A stretch of 62,986 nt of DNA, counting the filler, from Octopus bimaculoides (taxonomy: Eukaryota): NCBI RefSeq assembly GCF_001194135.2. It is 7 parts of 7 records of this genome, joined end to end, with 100 filler letters (N's around TTAATTAATTAA, not from the genome) between each part and the next. Parts side by side here need not be neighbours in the genome. Positions count along the whole stretch, not along the records: positions 37,011 to 43,543 come from NC_068982.1; positions 43,644 to 52,782 come from NC_068987.1; 5 more parts are not named here. One strand, written 5' to 3'. Within the stretch, counting starts at the first letter, position 1; the number at the start of each line of letters is the position of its first letter. A program made the translations under genes and the position numbers. This document shows, piece after piece, positions 38,315 through 51,935 of this stretch. The notes beneath the pieces were generated by a model. The model was not told the origin of the DNA and searched no databases. It was given only the letters and a program-made list of their open reading frames with translations.

Positions 38315-39498
38315 CTGAGTCAAACAGTTAAGAAAAATAAACAAACATTCTCTGAAACAAAATATTGAGTGCTCCTTTTATTCTGTCTGTCCATTTGTCT
38401 ATATACTGTCAATACATATATATAATTATGTGTGTGTGTGTGTGTGCGTGTGTGTGTGTGTGTGTATGTGTGTGTGTGCGTTTGTGTGTGTGTATATACT
38501 TATATAAATGCCTATGTATATACGTGTATATANNNNNNNNNNNNNNNNNNNNNNNNNNNNNNNNNNNNNNNNNNNNNNNNNNNNNNNNNNNNNNNNNNNN
38601 NNNNNNNNNNNNNNNNNNNNNNNNNNNNNNNNNNNNNNNNNNNNNNNNNNNNNNNNNNNNNNNNNNNNNNNNNNNNNNNNNNNNNNNNNNNNNNNNNNNN
38701 NNNNNNNNNNNNNNNNNNNNNNNNNNNNNNNNNNNNNNNNNNNNNNNNNNNNNNNNNNNNNNNNNNNNNNNNNNNNNNNNNNNNNNNNNNNNNNNNNNNN
38801 NNNNNNNNNNNNNNNNNNNNNNNNNNNNNNNNNNNNNNNNNNNNNNNNNNNNNNNNNNNNNNNNNNNNNNNNNNNNNNNNNNNNNNNNNNNNNNNNNNNN
38901 NNNNNNNNNNNNNNNNNNNNNNNNNNNNNNNNNNNNNNNNNNNNNNNNNNNNNNNNNNNNNNNNNNNNNNNNNNNNNNNNNNNNNNNNNNNNNNNNNNNN
39001 NNNNNNNNNNNNNNNNNNNNNNNNNNNNNNNNNNNNNNNNNNNNNNNNNNNNNNNNNNNNNNNNNNNNNNNNNNNNNNNNNNNNNNNNNNNNNNNNNNNN
39101 NNNNNNNNNNNNNNNNNNNNNNNNNNNNNNNNNNNNNNNNNNNNNNNNNNNNNNNNNNNNNNNNNNNNNNNNNNNNNNNNNNNNNNNNNNNNNNNNNNNN
39201 NNNNNNNNNNNNNNNNNNNNNNNNNNNNNNNNNNNNNNNNNNNNNNNNNNNNNNNNNNNNNNNNNNNNNNNNNNNNNNNNNNNNNNNNNNNNNNNNNNNN
39301 NNNNNNNNNNNNNNNNNNNNNNNNNNNNNNNNNNNNNNNNNNNNNNNNNNNNNNNNNNNNNNNNNNNNNNNNNNNNNNNNNNNNNNNNNNNNNNNTGTAC
39401 CATTCTTATGAATTTATATATATATATACCCTTATAGGGCTATTTTTTGCTGGAAATTGATACATTTGTATTAATACATTTGTATTGAAATATTTTTC

Positions 39499-39532
<34 letters not shown>

Positions 39533-39584
39533 TTTTTTCTCTGTTTTTCTCTGCTTTTTTCGTTGTTCGAAGAAAGTTCGTTTT

Positions 39585-39752
39585 CTGTTTTCGTGTGTTT
39601 ACATCCCCATAACTTAGCGGTTCATCAAAAGAGACCAATAGAATAAGTACTAGGCTTACAAAGGATAAGTCCTGGGGTTGATTTGCTCGACTAAAAGCGG
39701 TACTCCAGCATGGCCGCAGTCAAATGACTGAAACAAGTAAAAGAGTAAAAGA
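39585..39752 (+). mobile_element. SINE B 3' half
   Basis: aataagtactaggcttacaaag...gaaacaagtaaaagagtaaaagag. Confidence 0.85.
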
Positions 39753-40603
39753 GTTATCATAATAATATTAGCTTTACAAAACTAATATAATAGCAATGTA
39801 TCTTTTGGGAGACCTCAAAGAATGCTCCCTTCTTTCGTTTGAGATGTTCCAACAATGGGGAACCTATACAAGTGTTAAGTAAAAGCAGCTGATGGCTTAG
39901 TTTTGCTAGTAAACCTTGGGCAATTCTAATAAAGGAAAGAATCTGTGAATGCTCCAACATGGATCTTGTAATGATAGATGTGTTATTGGAAAACCAGGGA
40001 GTGACACCTAATTAGTTTTGAAAAATAGCATTAAGTTAAAAAGTAACTAAAAATATGAATTCAGTTTCTTTTTTTTTTTCTAATTGCAAATCCTTTGGTT
40101 GTTGCATGGCATTGATCACTTTACTGCTATTGATTTATTCTTTCTGCCATGGTGTAAAATATAAAAAACATGAATGATTAGGAGAATTCTAGTGTGAGAG
40201 AATTTTACATTTTTCTATATAATGTTCTCTTGATTTACTGATGGAACTGCAAAGAATAGTGGATAAATCAAAGTAATTATTATATTGTGAGGCAGAGTGT
40301 GTTTTGATGAGGTTCAAAAGAATCCTAATGATTTCAATTAAAGTGTTCACATCAGTAACCAAATGATATTATGTAAGAGGTAAAAACTCAATGGAGATAA
40401 TAATGAGTTAGAGCTTGAAAAGTAACACATAGTTACTATTAAATAGGAGTATACAGTATGAAAGTAGCCTGTGATTTTCAGATTTGATATATTTTGATAT
40501 ATTTTTGCTGCATGATATTATTGCATTCATAACATACGAGAATGTTATCTCATAAAGATCAAAGCAGAATCTATAGATACACATTGAAGAAAGTGGCTAC
40601 ACT

Positions 40604-40711
40604 TTAAAGTTCTAATTTACAAAATTGATCTATATATTCATCATTACTATTGTTATCATCACTATTCATCAACAGGCTTGAAATTGACTTTTGGAAGAGG
40701 CGTTTGCATAT
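40604..40711 (-). CDS. possible terminal coding exon (ICKRLFQKSISSLLMNSDDNNSNDEYIDQFCKLEL*)
   Basis: Acceptor attgtttgtataag, 35 open codons then TAA, followed by long AT-rich unique sequence with an AATAAA on the minus strand near 40135. Confidence 0.3.
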   Translation of the reverse strand: MCKRLFQKSISSLLMNSDDNNSNDEYIDQFCKLEL

Positions 40712-42149
40712 CTTATACAAACAATATTATTTTTTAGAATTAAATAAGAATTCACATCAAAACAAAAAAAAAAACGAAAATAAGTAAAAATGCTATGCAA
40801 GTAATAATTCATCATATAACATATATTCAAATAACTTTCCTACAAAGAAAAAAAAAAGGTATCTAGTCATCTTTGGAGTTACAAGGCAATATAATAAGAC
40901 AAGCATATATGAATATAGCCAACAAGAGGTGACAGCTTCAATAAGATAGTGTGTGTAAACAATTAGTATACAACTTCATATATCACAGGTCAGAAGAAAA
41001 TTCCTTTGTATTGATTTGCTTTCATATCTTATATGAAATATCAATGAAGGTTTCGTTATGAAAGCATTTGACCTTAAGATGTTGTTGACTGGTCTTCTTT
41101 AACTTATCAAATATTAATCTCTGGTGTCAAATAGAGGCAACATAAAAATATTTGTTATGTCACCTTTAGACTATCATCTATAAATAGCTTGTTATATAGA
41201 CATTAGGAAGCTGCTTCAAAGCAGTGTGATAATAAGAAAAAAATAATAATTATGAAAAATATCTCTATAATAAAAAGGAAATCATGTGGTGCAATTAAGA
41301 GGATTCTTTATGGCTTACAGCCCTTTGTTAATATCCTAGAAAAAGTGAGTGAGATTTGCAATATTTATCTATAAGTTTAATAATATGAGCACCTGTAATA
41401 TAAATGGTTAAATGGTTACAGACAGTGAGTGTTTGTTGGTCATCATTAAGTCTTCAGTGTGCCTATTACATTGATGTTAGAAGTTTAAATTGTAAAATAA
41501 AACATGTGTGCGTGTGTGTGTGTGTGTGTGAGAAATAGACAGAGAGAGTGAGTTTGTACAGTTGAAGAATATTTAGCAAAATTGCCTTTAACAAATTTTG
41601 CATATATACCATGGAGAGGCTATGGGAGGGATGTTAACATCTTCAAATGTAAATATAAAAGCTCTCTTACAACAAAACAGAATGAGATGTGTTGGCCATA
41701 TAATTCAAAGAGAAGACAAAAGAATTCTGGTCTCTTACTCAATTAGAGAAAACATAGATAAAACTGTTATAAACTGAAATTAAAATACAAGGACTACTTT
41801 AAATCTGCCCTGAAAATGTTGGCGATTTATGAAAAATTAAACATTGGGTAAATGTAATTTGAAGTAAATCATTTTAAACATCCAAAATTGAAAAATAATA
41901 CAAGGAAAGAAAACCACATAAATATCAATAATGCCTTGTAACCAAGTTTGTGAATCTAAGATTGGTCTTGTCTTAATTCAAGAGTTCATGAAATGAAAAA
42001 CGATAATACTAGGTCATCATCATCTGAAAGAGTATATGTCTCCCATTCATGTAATGTCTGTTGTCTGAAGTGACACATCATTGTATGCAATAGCAAATAT
42101 TATGATATATCATCAACATCATCAACATCATCATCGTCATCGTCGTCGT

Positions 42150-42600
42150 CATCATCCTTATCATCATCATCATCATCATTTAATGACCATTTTCCATGCT
42201 GGTATGGGTTGGACAGCTTGACAGGAGCTGGTAAGATCAAGTGCAACACCAAGCTCTATTATCTGTCCTGGTGTGGTTGCTAAGGTGTGATGCCCTTTTT
42301 AATGCCAACTGCTTTATAGGGCGCACTGGGTGCTTTTTACATGGCACTGGCACAGATGCTTTTTATGTGGCACCAGTACCAGTGCTTTTTACATCCCACC
42401 AGCATGTGCCGGTGGCACATAAAAAGCACCCACTACACTCTCTGAGTGGTTGGCATTAGGAAGGGCATCCAGCTGTAGAAACTCTGCCAAATCAGATTGG
42501 AGCCTGGTGTAGCCATCTGGTTTCACCAGTCCTCAGTCAAATTGTCCAACCCATACTAGCATGGAAAGCGGACGTTAAACGACGACGATGCTGATGATGA
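42150..42600. mobile_element. two copies of a SINE with RTE-like 3' tail, inverted
   Basis: Plus copy ends ccaacccatactagcatggaaagcggacgttaaacgacgacgatg; minus copy begins catcatcatttaatgaccatttt.ccatgctggtatgggttggacag. Confidence 0.75.
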
Positions 42601-44193
42601 TATATATATATAAAAATAAATATATATACATACATACATATATATATATTTATATATTTATATTTCTCAATTCAGCGTTCTGTATATTTTTGTTATAATC
42701 ATAGACTGTTCTATAGTCTGAGTGGAGTTAAAATAATGTAATCAAATATGCATACAAGAATATATACAGAGAATACATGAAGAAGTACAAATATTGATGT
42801 TAAAATAAACATGAATTCACCTCACATAGTACAAACATACATACATACATACATAAACACACACATACATACATAAACACACACATACATACATGAATGT
42901 GTGCATGTGTGTGTGTGCATGTGTATGTGTGTGTGTGTGTCGTTCTGTCTTTATACTTGACACTGATAACATGCTAGACTTTCTTTGTAATCAGACATTC
43001 AAAACTATATTTTTAGCCTATGAGACTTAACTACAATTAAAAAGAAAAGCCTTGTGGGGAATTAACAGATAATATTGCTAAGATGTGGTATAAACAAATG
43101 TTTTTTCTCTATCTATTTTTATTTTGTGTTGTGTAATGTAATGTGTTGCAATAGTTCTTTGTTTGAGATACATAGTCAGACACTGAGAATAAGTGGTGCA
43201 TGTATGTCTAATGTAACTGTTAGTCATGAAGTTTACAACTTTCATGTTTCCAAATAAATTTCTAAATTAGATTTGTCATCTGAAATTTATTCAATAGCTT
43301 TCAGGATTTTAGTTTATTATAGATGAGGAATTTTTTTTTAAATTTTCATGTTTTAGTGGTGCTAAGTTATGACTGGTTACAATATATGTATTTACAATGA
43401 GATTTTTCATAATGTGTTCATGTATTAGATAACTAAAATACATTTGGTTCATATAAATATATGTCATGTGTTTCTGTTAACATTCATTCGATGTTGTGTT
43501 TGTAGTATTTAACGTGTTGAACATATACATACATACATGCATGNNNNNNNNNNNNNNNNNNNNNNNNNNNNNNNNNNNNNNNNNNNNTTAATTAATTAAN
43601 NNNNNNNNNNNNNNNNNNNNNNNNNNNNNNNNNNNNNNNNNNNTATATATATATATATATATGCATGCATATATATGTGTGTGTTTGTGTATACACATAC
43701 ATGCTTCATATAAGCCACTCAGAGCTCCATTAGTTCCCTTCGTTGGCTCTTAGGTCTTCATTATAATGTTCACCAACACCAACACCACCTTCACCACCAC
43801 TACAAAAAGTAGTGGGTAGTGGTTCTTGTGGTAGTGTTGGTTGTTGTCGTCAGTGTTACTTTTAACGTTTAGTAACAATTCAAACAAGAACAAGAAAACC
43901 TAAAATCAAAACATTCCGTGACCATCAATCCTTTCATTATTAAATGTGCCCTTTCCTTTTAACGACCGTAGGGTATAATTTGACTGATATTTGACTACTG
44001 CTTCTAGCATATCCGACCAACAAGTAAAAGCTTTCCTCACCCCATGGTGTGTATCTTGTTCTAGGACCTTGTCATTGAGTTACAGAGGCTATGAAAAGTG
44101 TGAGTAAAATGTATCTCTGTATCCAAACTGCAGGCGTATACTCAGGGCAGGTCCGTTCACTCGCACCATTCTCGCCACTTTCATTCAATAATG

Positions 44194-44230
<37 letters not shown>

Positions 44231-44240
44231 NNNNNNNNNN

Positions 44241-44280
<40 letters not shown>

Positions 44281-44784
44281 CAGCAACAACTAAAAGCGCA
44301 ACAATAATAACAGTCAGCAACAACAGTAACAAGTGTAATAACAATGATGACAGTGAAGACAAAAGGACCTTGACAACAATAACAGCCGCAACAACAATAA
44401 ACAAACAAAAGTCTCTAGTACATAACAAGAAAGAAAAACAAACGTGACGACTGATAAACACATGCATTTAAAACACTATACACAAACACATGTAAAGAGT
44501 AACATATACACATATATACGCATATTAACTATAGTATGTAATAACACGAGCACACATACATAATTACAAAAGACTTTCACACATACAATAACAGACACAC
44601 ATACACACATACATATAAAACAGTACGCAATAGTATACGCACATACATATACATAGAACCACACATTAACATATATTTGCACACATACATACATATAAAT
44701 CACTCCACATACACACGCACACATACACATACACACAATGCCACATACAAGCACATACACAAGAACACAGTACATAATATAACT

Positions 44785-45265
44785 ACATAGAAAGGGTGAA
44801 AGGGTGAAAGGGTGATCCCCTTCGGTCGTGAATGACCATGGGATTGCACCTAGAAAGTTGCCCTCCGAGGCACAAGTCCGGACAGCGTTGATTATGAAAG
44901 ACCAGCAGTCGCTCATGCATACTAGTCTCCCCTGTCCGTGTCATTATATGTACATAGGGTAAAGGGTAAAGACCTCCGTCGGTTATGAATAACCATGTGA
45001 TTGCACCTAGAAAGTTGCCCTTCGAGATATCAGTCCGGGCAAGGTGGTTTTATGGAAGGCCAGCAGTTGTCCATGCATACCAGCCTCCCCTCTCCACGCC
45101 ACAGATGTTATACAAGGGAAAGACAAAGACCGATACAGCTTGGCACCAGTGACGTCACAACTCATTTCTACAGCTGAGTGAAACTGGAGCAACGTGAAAT
45201 AATGTGTCATGCTCAAGAATACAATACACAGCCCGGTCCGTGAGCCGAACTCACTATCTCATGTG
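44785..45265 (-). mobile_element. CORE-like SINE family C with tandem duplicated 3' segment
   Basis: gattgcacctagaaagttgccc occurs at about 44842 and 45000; head region matches 7992-8152. Confidence 0.8.
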
Positions 45266-45365
45266 CGTACGTATGTGCGCGCGTGTTGTTGATATGGTTT
45301 GGTTGGACAAAACTGGTTTGAAAATATTCACCTGTTCTTCAACTCATCTCTAGACATGTATGTGC

Positions 45366-45405
<40 letters not shown>

Positions 45406-46199
45406 NNNNNNNNNNNNNNNNNNNNNNNNNNNNNNNNNNNNNNNNNNNNNNNNNNNNNNNNNNNNNNNNNNNNNNNNNNNNNNNNNNNNNNNNNNNNNNN
45501 NNNNNNNNNNNNNNNNNNNNNNNNNNNNNNNNNNNNNNNNNNNNNNNNNNNNNNNNNNNNNNNNNNNNNNNNNNNNNNNNNNNNNNNNNNNNNNNNNNNN
45601 NNNNNNNNNNNNNNNNNNNNNNNNNNNNNNNNNNNNNNNNNNNNNNNNNNNNNNNNNNNNNNNNNNNNNNNNNNNNNNNNNNNNNNNNNNNNNNNNNNNN
45701 NNNNNNNNNNNNNNNNNNNNNNNNNNNNNNNNNNNNNNNNNNNNNNNNNNNNNNNNNNNNNNNNNNNNNNNNNNNNNNNNNNNNNNNNNNNNNNNNNNNN
45801 NNNNNNNNNNNNNNNNNNNNNNNNNNNNNNNNNNNNNNNNNNNNNNNNNNNNNNNNNNNNNNNNNNNNNNNNNNNNNNNNNNNNNNNNNNNNNNNNNNNN
45901 NNNNNNNNNNNNNNNNNNNNNNNNNNNNNNNNNNNNNNNNNNNNNNNNNNNNNNNNNNNNNNNNNNNNNNNNNNNNNNNNNNNNNNNNNNNNNNNNNNNN
46001 NNNNNNNNNNNNNNNNNNNNNNNNNNNNNNNNNNNNNNNNNNNNNNNNNNNNNNNNNNNNNNNNNNNNNNNNNNNNNNNNNNNNNNNNNNNNNNNNNNNN
46101 NNNNNNNNNNNNNNNNNNNNNNNNNNNNNNNNNNNNNNNNNNNNNNNNNNNNNNNACACACACACACACACACATATCATATACTTGTACACGTAGTTT

Positions 46200-46396
46200 C
46201 ATATATTTTCAACTTCGTAATCATAGCGAGGTCATGCGCTGTTTATCTTGATATGAGATCACCATGTCGCGCGCACATGGTTGTGATGCATGTGCCTGGT
46301 GTACCCTTATCAGACGGGTAGTCATGATGGGTATACTGGGCTTCGTATATTTTACCCCCAATTATCACTTTGATGGCATGCACTGCTCTCTCACTC

Positions 46397-46448
<52 letters not shown>

Positions 46449-46480
46449 TGGATAATAATAATAATAATATGGATAATTCA
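46200..46480 (+). mobile_element. unclassified retroposon 3' end with (AAT)n tail
   Basis: Unique-looking body ending ctctctcactc then about 20 AAT units; similar ending at 44150-44230. Confidence 0.45.
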
Positions 46481-47024
46481 GTCCTCTTGATATGGGAAAA
46501 CCCCCAACCAGGGCCAAATGAGGAACCCCACTGATCCAAAAACCACCCTGGCCACCGAGAGCAGGTGATTTCATCCTATTACTGTTCAGTAATTTACAGG
46601 TGCCCACCCTTTGACAAATTTACTTCAGTAGAGCACTTTCCTGTTCCCCCACCACCACCACCACCACTATCACCAGCACCACTATCACCACCATCACCAC
46701 CACCAACACCAACACCAACACCACCAACACCAACACCACCGCCACCTCACTTTCCTTTCCAAGAGGGACTGAGTAATGTCGATGAGAGTTTGACTATTGA
46801 GGAAAATGTCTGTACTCAATCCCTTTAGTATCATTCACCGCCAAACTATTTCAGCATATCTACCAGCCAGAGGGTCCTTCTTATATGTGGCAACAACTGT
46901 TCGCCTTCGTGGCCCCTGTGGGAGAACTATTACAGATTGCACCTTCGGCTAACAGAAACATGCAGCAACAATAACGCTCAAACAATATGTTAGATCCCTT
47001 TAGGTCTACATGGGTAGTTTAGGC

Positions 47025-47284
47025 CAGGGGTTTTCAAACTTTTAGACTTGCGGACCCCTTTATATTTCAGGCTTTACATAAATATTTGCTTAAAATAACA
47101 TATATTTTTACATTTATTTATTTAACAGTATTTAATAAATAGGTTTATTGTCAATTAAAAGATTTCGATTAAATAACATATATAAAATCAAATTGCCCAT
47201 AAAAAGTATTTTCTGTCCACGGACCCCCTGTCTTGTCCTTGCGGACTCCCTGTGGTCCGCGGACCACAGTTTGTAAACCCCTTG
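47025..47284 (-). mobile_element. hAT MITE, same family as 28442-28716; 8-bp TSD GTTTAGGC
   Basis: TIR caggggttttcaaac; TSD at 47017-47024 and 47285-47292. Confidence 0.9.
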
Positions 47285-48972
47285 GTTTAGGCAATACCTA
47301 CAAGGAACCACACAACAAACCACAACGTGCGCAAAAAAAAGGCATTGTATACGCACCACACCTGCAGACTATATACACACAGCAGGACAAGCGAGAGACG
47401 GTAGTGGGGGCTGTAATTTTCTTTGCGGCAACAATTATCAACACTTAATGTTTCTGCCATAGCATGACAATCACCAAAACACCCTGATATATACAAAAGA
47501 CTTTCAAAACCATCACTAGAACAGAACCCTAAATAGTCTATTCATCCACAATCACAACCACAACCACTACCACCACCACCACCACCATTTGTTCTCTTTC
47601 ACTTTTGCTCTTCTTCATATCGTTTTTTGTTTTACTCATTCGCTTTTTTCCTCCTTTTCTCTTTCAGTTTGCAACTCATTTTTTTTTTCTTATCTGTCTC
47701 TTTCTTAATTCTCGTTTCCCCTTTTTCTCTTTCACTTTGCAATTCATTTTATTCTCATCTTCCTCTTTTTCCTCTTTTTCTCATTCACTTTTCAACTCAT
47801 TCTTTGTTACGATCATTCTATTTCTCTTCATTTTTCTCTTTCAATTTTGCTCTCATTAGCACATCTTACTCCTTCCTTTTTCTTACTATTTTAGAGTCAT
47901 TTGCCTTCATTCATTTTCATTCATTTTTATTTTCACCTTATAACTGATTTATTTTTCCTCCATTCTTTACTTTCCCTAATTTCGTTTTCGCTTTTTNNNN
48001 NNNNNNNNNNNNNNNNNNNNNNNNNNNNNNNNNNNNNNNNNNNNNNNNNNNNNNNNNNNNNNNNNNNNNNNNNNNNNNNNNNNNNNNNNNNNNNNNNNNN
48101 NNNNNNNNNNNNNNNNNNNNNNNNNNNNNNNNNNNNNNNNNNNNNNNNNNNNNNNNNNNNNNNNNNNNNNNNNNNNNNNNNNNNNNNNNNNNNNNNNNNN
48201 NNNNNNNNNNNNNNNNNNNNNNNNNNNNNNNNNNNNNNNNNNNNNNNNNNNNNNNNNNNNNNNNNNNNNNNNNNNNNNNNNNNNNNNNNNNNNNNNNNNN
48301 NNNNNNNNNNNNNNNNNNNNNNNNNNNNNNNNNNNNNNNNNNNNNNNNNNNNNNNNNNNNNNNNNNNNNNNNNNNNNNNNNNNNNNNNNNNNNNNNNNNN
48401 NNNNNNNNNNNNNNNNNNNNNNNNNNNNNNNNNNNNNNNNNNNNNNNNNNNNNNNNNNNNNNNNNNNNNNNNNNNNNNNNNNNNNNNNNNNNNNNNNNNN
48501 NNNNNNNNNNNNNNNNNNNNNNNNNNNNNNNNNNNNNNNNNNNNNNNNNNNNNNNNNNNNNNNNNNNNNNNNNNNNNNNNNNNNNNNNNNNNNNNNNNNN
48601 NNNNNNNNNNNNNNNNNNNNNNNNNNNNNNNNNNNNNNNNNNNNNNNNNNNNNNNNNNNNNNNNNNNNNNNNNNNNNNNNNNNNNNNNNNNNNNNNNNNN
48701 NNNNNNNNNNNNNNNNNNNNNNNNNNNNNNNNNNNNNNNNNNNNNNNNNNNNNNNNNNNNNNNNNNNNNNNNNNNNNNNNNNNNNNNNNNNNNNNNNNNN
48801 NNNNNNNNNNNNNNNNNNNNNNNNNNNNNNNNNNNNNAAGAAGTGTCTCTTTCAATCTCTCTCTATCTCTCTCTTTTCTTTCTCTCTCTTCTCTCTCTGC
48901 CTCCGTCCCTCACATCCCACATGTGGCTGTATACATGTATATATGAATGTGTATGTATACATGTGCGTATAA

Positions 48973-49007
<35 letters not shown>

Positions 49008-49418
49008 CGTGCGCGTGTGTGTGTCTATGTTTTTATGATCGCCATGACTAACACTCCTGATGACAACAGCGACATAACATCTCCGGATCATCTTAATCAA
49101 ACCAACCCCATTAAATACTCACTTTATCCAGCTGAGACCAAAACAGAAATTGGAAATGCCGGCTTTTCAAGACAACTTCGTTATTGTTCGAATATCTGTA
49201 TGCCTGCATGTCTGTCTGTTTGTTTTCAATGTCGTTGTTGTTATTGCTGTCGTTGTTGTATTTGATTGGTGAATTTATTGCGTTGTTACAATTGTATGAG
49301 GTGTTTGTGTTTGTATGTTTCTTTTTCTACTTTATTTATTCTGCTGTTTAATTATTTTGTTTGTTTAGATTTATTTTAATTTCATTTTGTCACATTCAAT
49401 TTCGGTTTCATTTGATTA

Positions 49419-49419
<1 letters not shown>

Positions 49420-49489
<70 letters not shown>

Positions 49490-49665
49490 GTTCAGTAGTT
49501 TTATTTTTATAACGTGCTTTCACTTCACTACCGAGCGCAGCTCTGTGTGCCTTGGGTATGTGCTGTGGTTTGCTGTGGTGCTCTTATGTTTACTGTATTG
49601 AAAGTGTTTTGCGTAGAATGTGTGCAGTACCCAGTAGTGCAATTTTCTGTATGTTATATATATTT
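49420..49665 (-). mobile_element. R4/Dong-like LINE extreme 3' end with (TAA)n tail
   Basis: Reverse translation IQKIALLGTAHILRKTLSIQ* is typical of the R4-clade C-terminus. Confidence 0.75.
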
Positions 49666-50247
49666 GTNNNNNNNNNNNNNNNNNNNNNNNNNNNNNNNNN
49701 NNNNNNNNNNNNNNNNNNNNNNNNNNNNNNNNNNNNNNNNNNNNNNNNNNNNNNNNNNNNNNNNNNNNNNNNNNNNNNNNNNNNNNNNNNNNNNNNNNNN
49801 NNNNNNNNNNNNNNNNNNNNNNNNNNNNNNNNNNNNNNNNNNNNNNNNNNNNNNNNNNNNNNNNNNNNNNNNNNNNNNNNNNNNNNNNNNNNNNNNNNNN
49901 NNNNNNNNNNNNNNNNNNNNNNNNNNNNNNNNNNNNNNNNNNNNNNNNNNNNNNNNNNNNNNNNNNNNNNNNNNNNNNNNNNNNNNNNNNNNNNNNNNNN
50001 NNNNNNNNNNNNNNNNNNNNNNNNNNNNNNNNNNNNNNNNNNNNNNNNNNNNNNNNNNNNNNNNNNNNNNNNNNNNNNNNNNNNNNNNNNNNNNNNNNNN
50101 NNNNNNNNNNNNNNNNNNNNNNNNNNNNNNNNNNNNNNNNNNNNNNNNNNNNNNNNNNNNNNNNNNNNNNNNNNNNNNNNNNNNNNNNNNNNNNNNNNNN
50201 NNNNNNNNNNNNNNNNNNNNNCCCCCTATGGGCAATAAAGAAATAAA

Positions 50248-50306
<59 letters not shown>

Positions 50307-50309
50307 CAT

Positions 50310-50720
50310 TAAAGCGGTGCGCTGGCAGAAACGTTAGCACTCCGAGCTTAATGCTTAGCGACATTTCGCCCGTCGCTACGTACAGAGTTCAAATTCTGCT
50401 GAGGATGGCTTTGCCTTTCATCCTTTCGGGGTCGGTAAATTAAGTACCAGTTACACACTGGGGTCGCTATAATCGACTAGTTCCCACCCATCAAACTTCA
50501 GGCCTTGTGCCTTTAGTAGAAAGGATCATTATTATTATTAAGGCGGTAAGTTGGCAGAATCGTTAGCATGCTGGGCAAAATGCTGAGCGGTATTTCGTCC
50601 GTCTTTACATTCTGAGTTCAAATTCCACCGAGGTAGGTTTTGCCTTTCATCCTTTCGGGGTCGATAGAATAAGTACCTCTCCCAAAATTACATGCTTTGT
50701 GCCTTTTGTAGAAAGGATGA
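50310..50720 (+). mobile_element. two tandem SINE Y copies
   Basis: gctggcagaaacgttagcac... and gttggcagaatcgttagcat... Confidence 0.85.
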
Positions 50721-50738
50721 TTATCATCATCATCATCA

Positions 50739-50793
<55 letters not shown>

Positions 50794-51529
50794 CATTATT
50801 ATTATAGCTTTGCAGTATTTGTTGCGGCTCTTTAGATTCTGAGTTTAAATACTGCTGCTACTTACCACACAGCCACTCCTGCGCCTATATACATACGTGG
50901 TGGTTGTCAATGGGTAGACGAGTATGACAATCACTGACACATTACCCTTTTGTAGATGTTAAAGACAATGCCTATTAGCAATATCCGTGCTGAAATTTAA
51001 AGTCAATAACGACCTCGCACTACGCCACCAAGACTCTCACCTAGAAAACCAAGTAGTTAAAAAAACAATGTGAGTTAAAAAACCAAGTAGTTAAAAAAAC
51101 AAGCAAGAGCAAGATATCCGGCTCCGATGTGAGGCGAGCATTAATTGGGAATTTCCTTTTCCTAGAGAGATATCTAAACACAGACTAGGAATCTCTCACT
51201 CTCAATTGTTCGATGGCCGTTGATTCCACTGAATTCCTCTGTTCTTTGATAAATTACTTTTCGTTCTGCAGTGCATCAACCGTAAACCACCTTCCTTACC
51301 AAGCAGGCCTGGTAGGGCTGCCAGATTAGTCGACGACGGCCTGTCCATGCGACAAGTTGTACTGGGTTACATGTTACCAGTACCTCTAAGATTGAATTAA
51401 ATATACGCATACATACATATATACATGCATGCATGCATGTATACATACATACATACATACATACATACATACATACAAACAAACATACATGCATACATAC
51501 ATACATACATACATACATACATACATACA

Positions 51530-51935
51530 CAGATACGCTGAACTAATGAGAAATCTGCAGTTTCTGTATCCAGATTATAAGTCCAGGTTTATACTTGTAA
51601 TTACTGGAGCACTGGGATACGTACCGCACTGCCGAAATACCAATATTGAGAAATAAGCCTTCTCAAAGCCACAAAGGAGAAAGCTGATTCAAAAAGTACA
51701 GATCCAAGCCATCACTGGAACTGTTAAAATCTGCGAAATTTTCCAGTAGTTTATCATTTAATTACATATGACCATGTCTAGACATGCAACTATATACATG
51801 AGAATACATACATAAAGCAAAACATATCAATCTGCACTTATACAGACATACAAACTAAAATACCCTGTTGGATCAAGGTTAGAAACGGGCTCTTTCTCTA
51901 TTGGCAAGAAATTTTGGAATAAAACTTAATAATGA
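51530..51935 (+). mobile_element. R4/Dong LINE 3' end, same subfamily as 8160-9545
   Basis: YAELMRNLQFLYPDYKSRFILVITGALGYV; 3' UTR matches 9450-9540; ends aataaaacttaataat. Confidence 0.85.

Noticed and set aside
41580-41760. Weak RTE-like translation ALLQQNRMRCVGHIIQREDKRI
   Set aside because: Too short and degenerate to annotate with confidence.
51270-51400. GC-rich segment checked for an HDV-like ribozyme of a LINE 5' end
   Set aside because: Could not build the nested double pseudoknot by eye on either strand.
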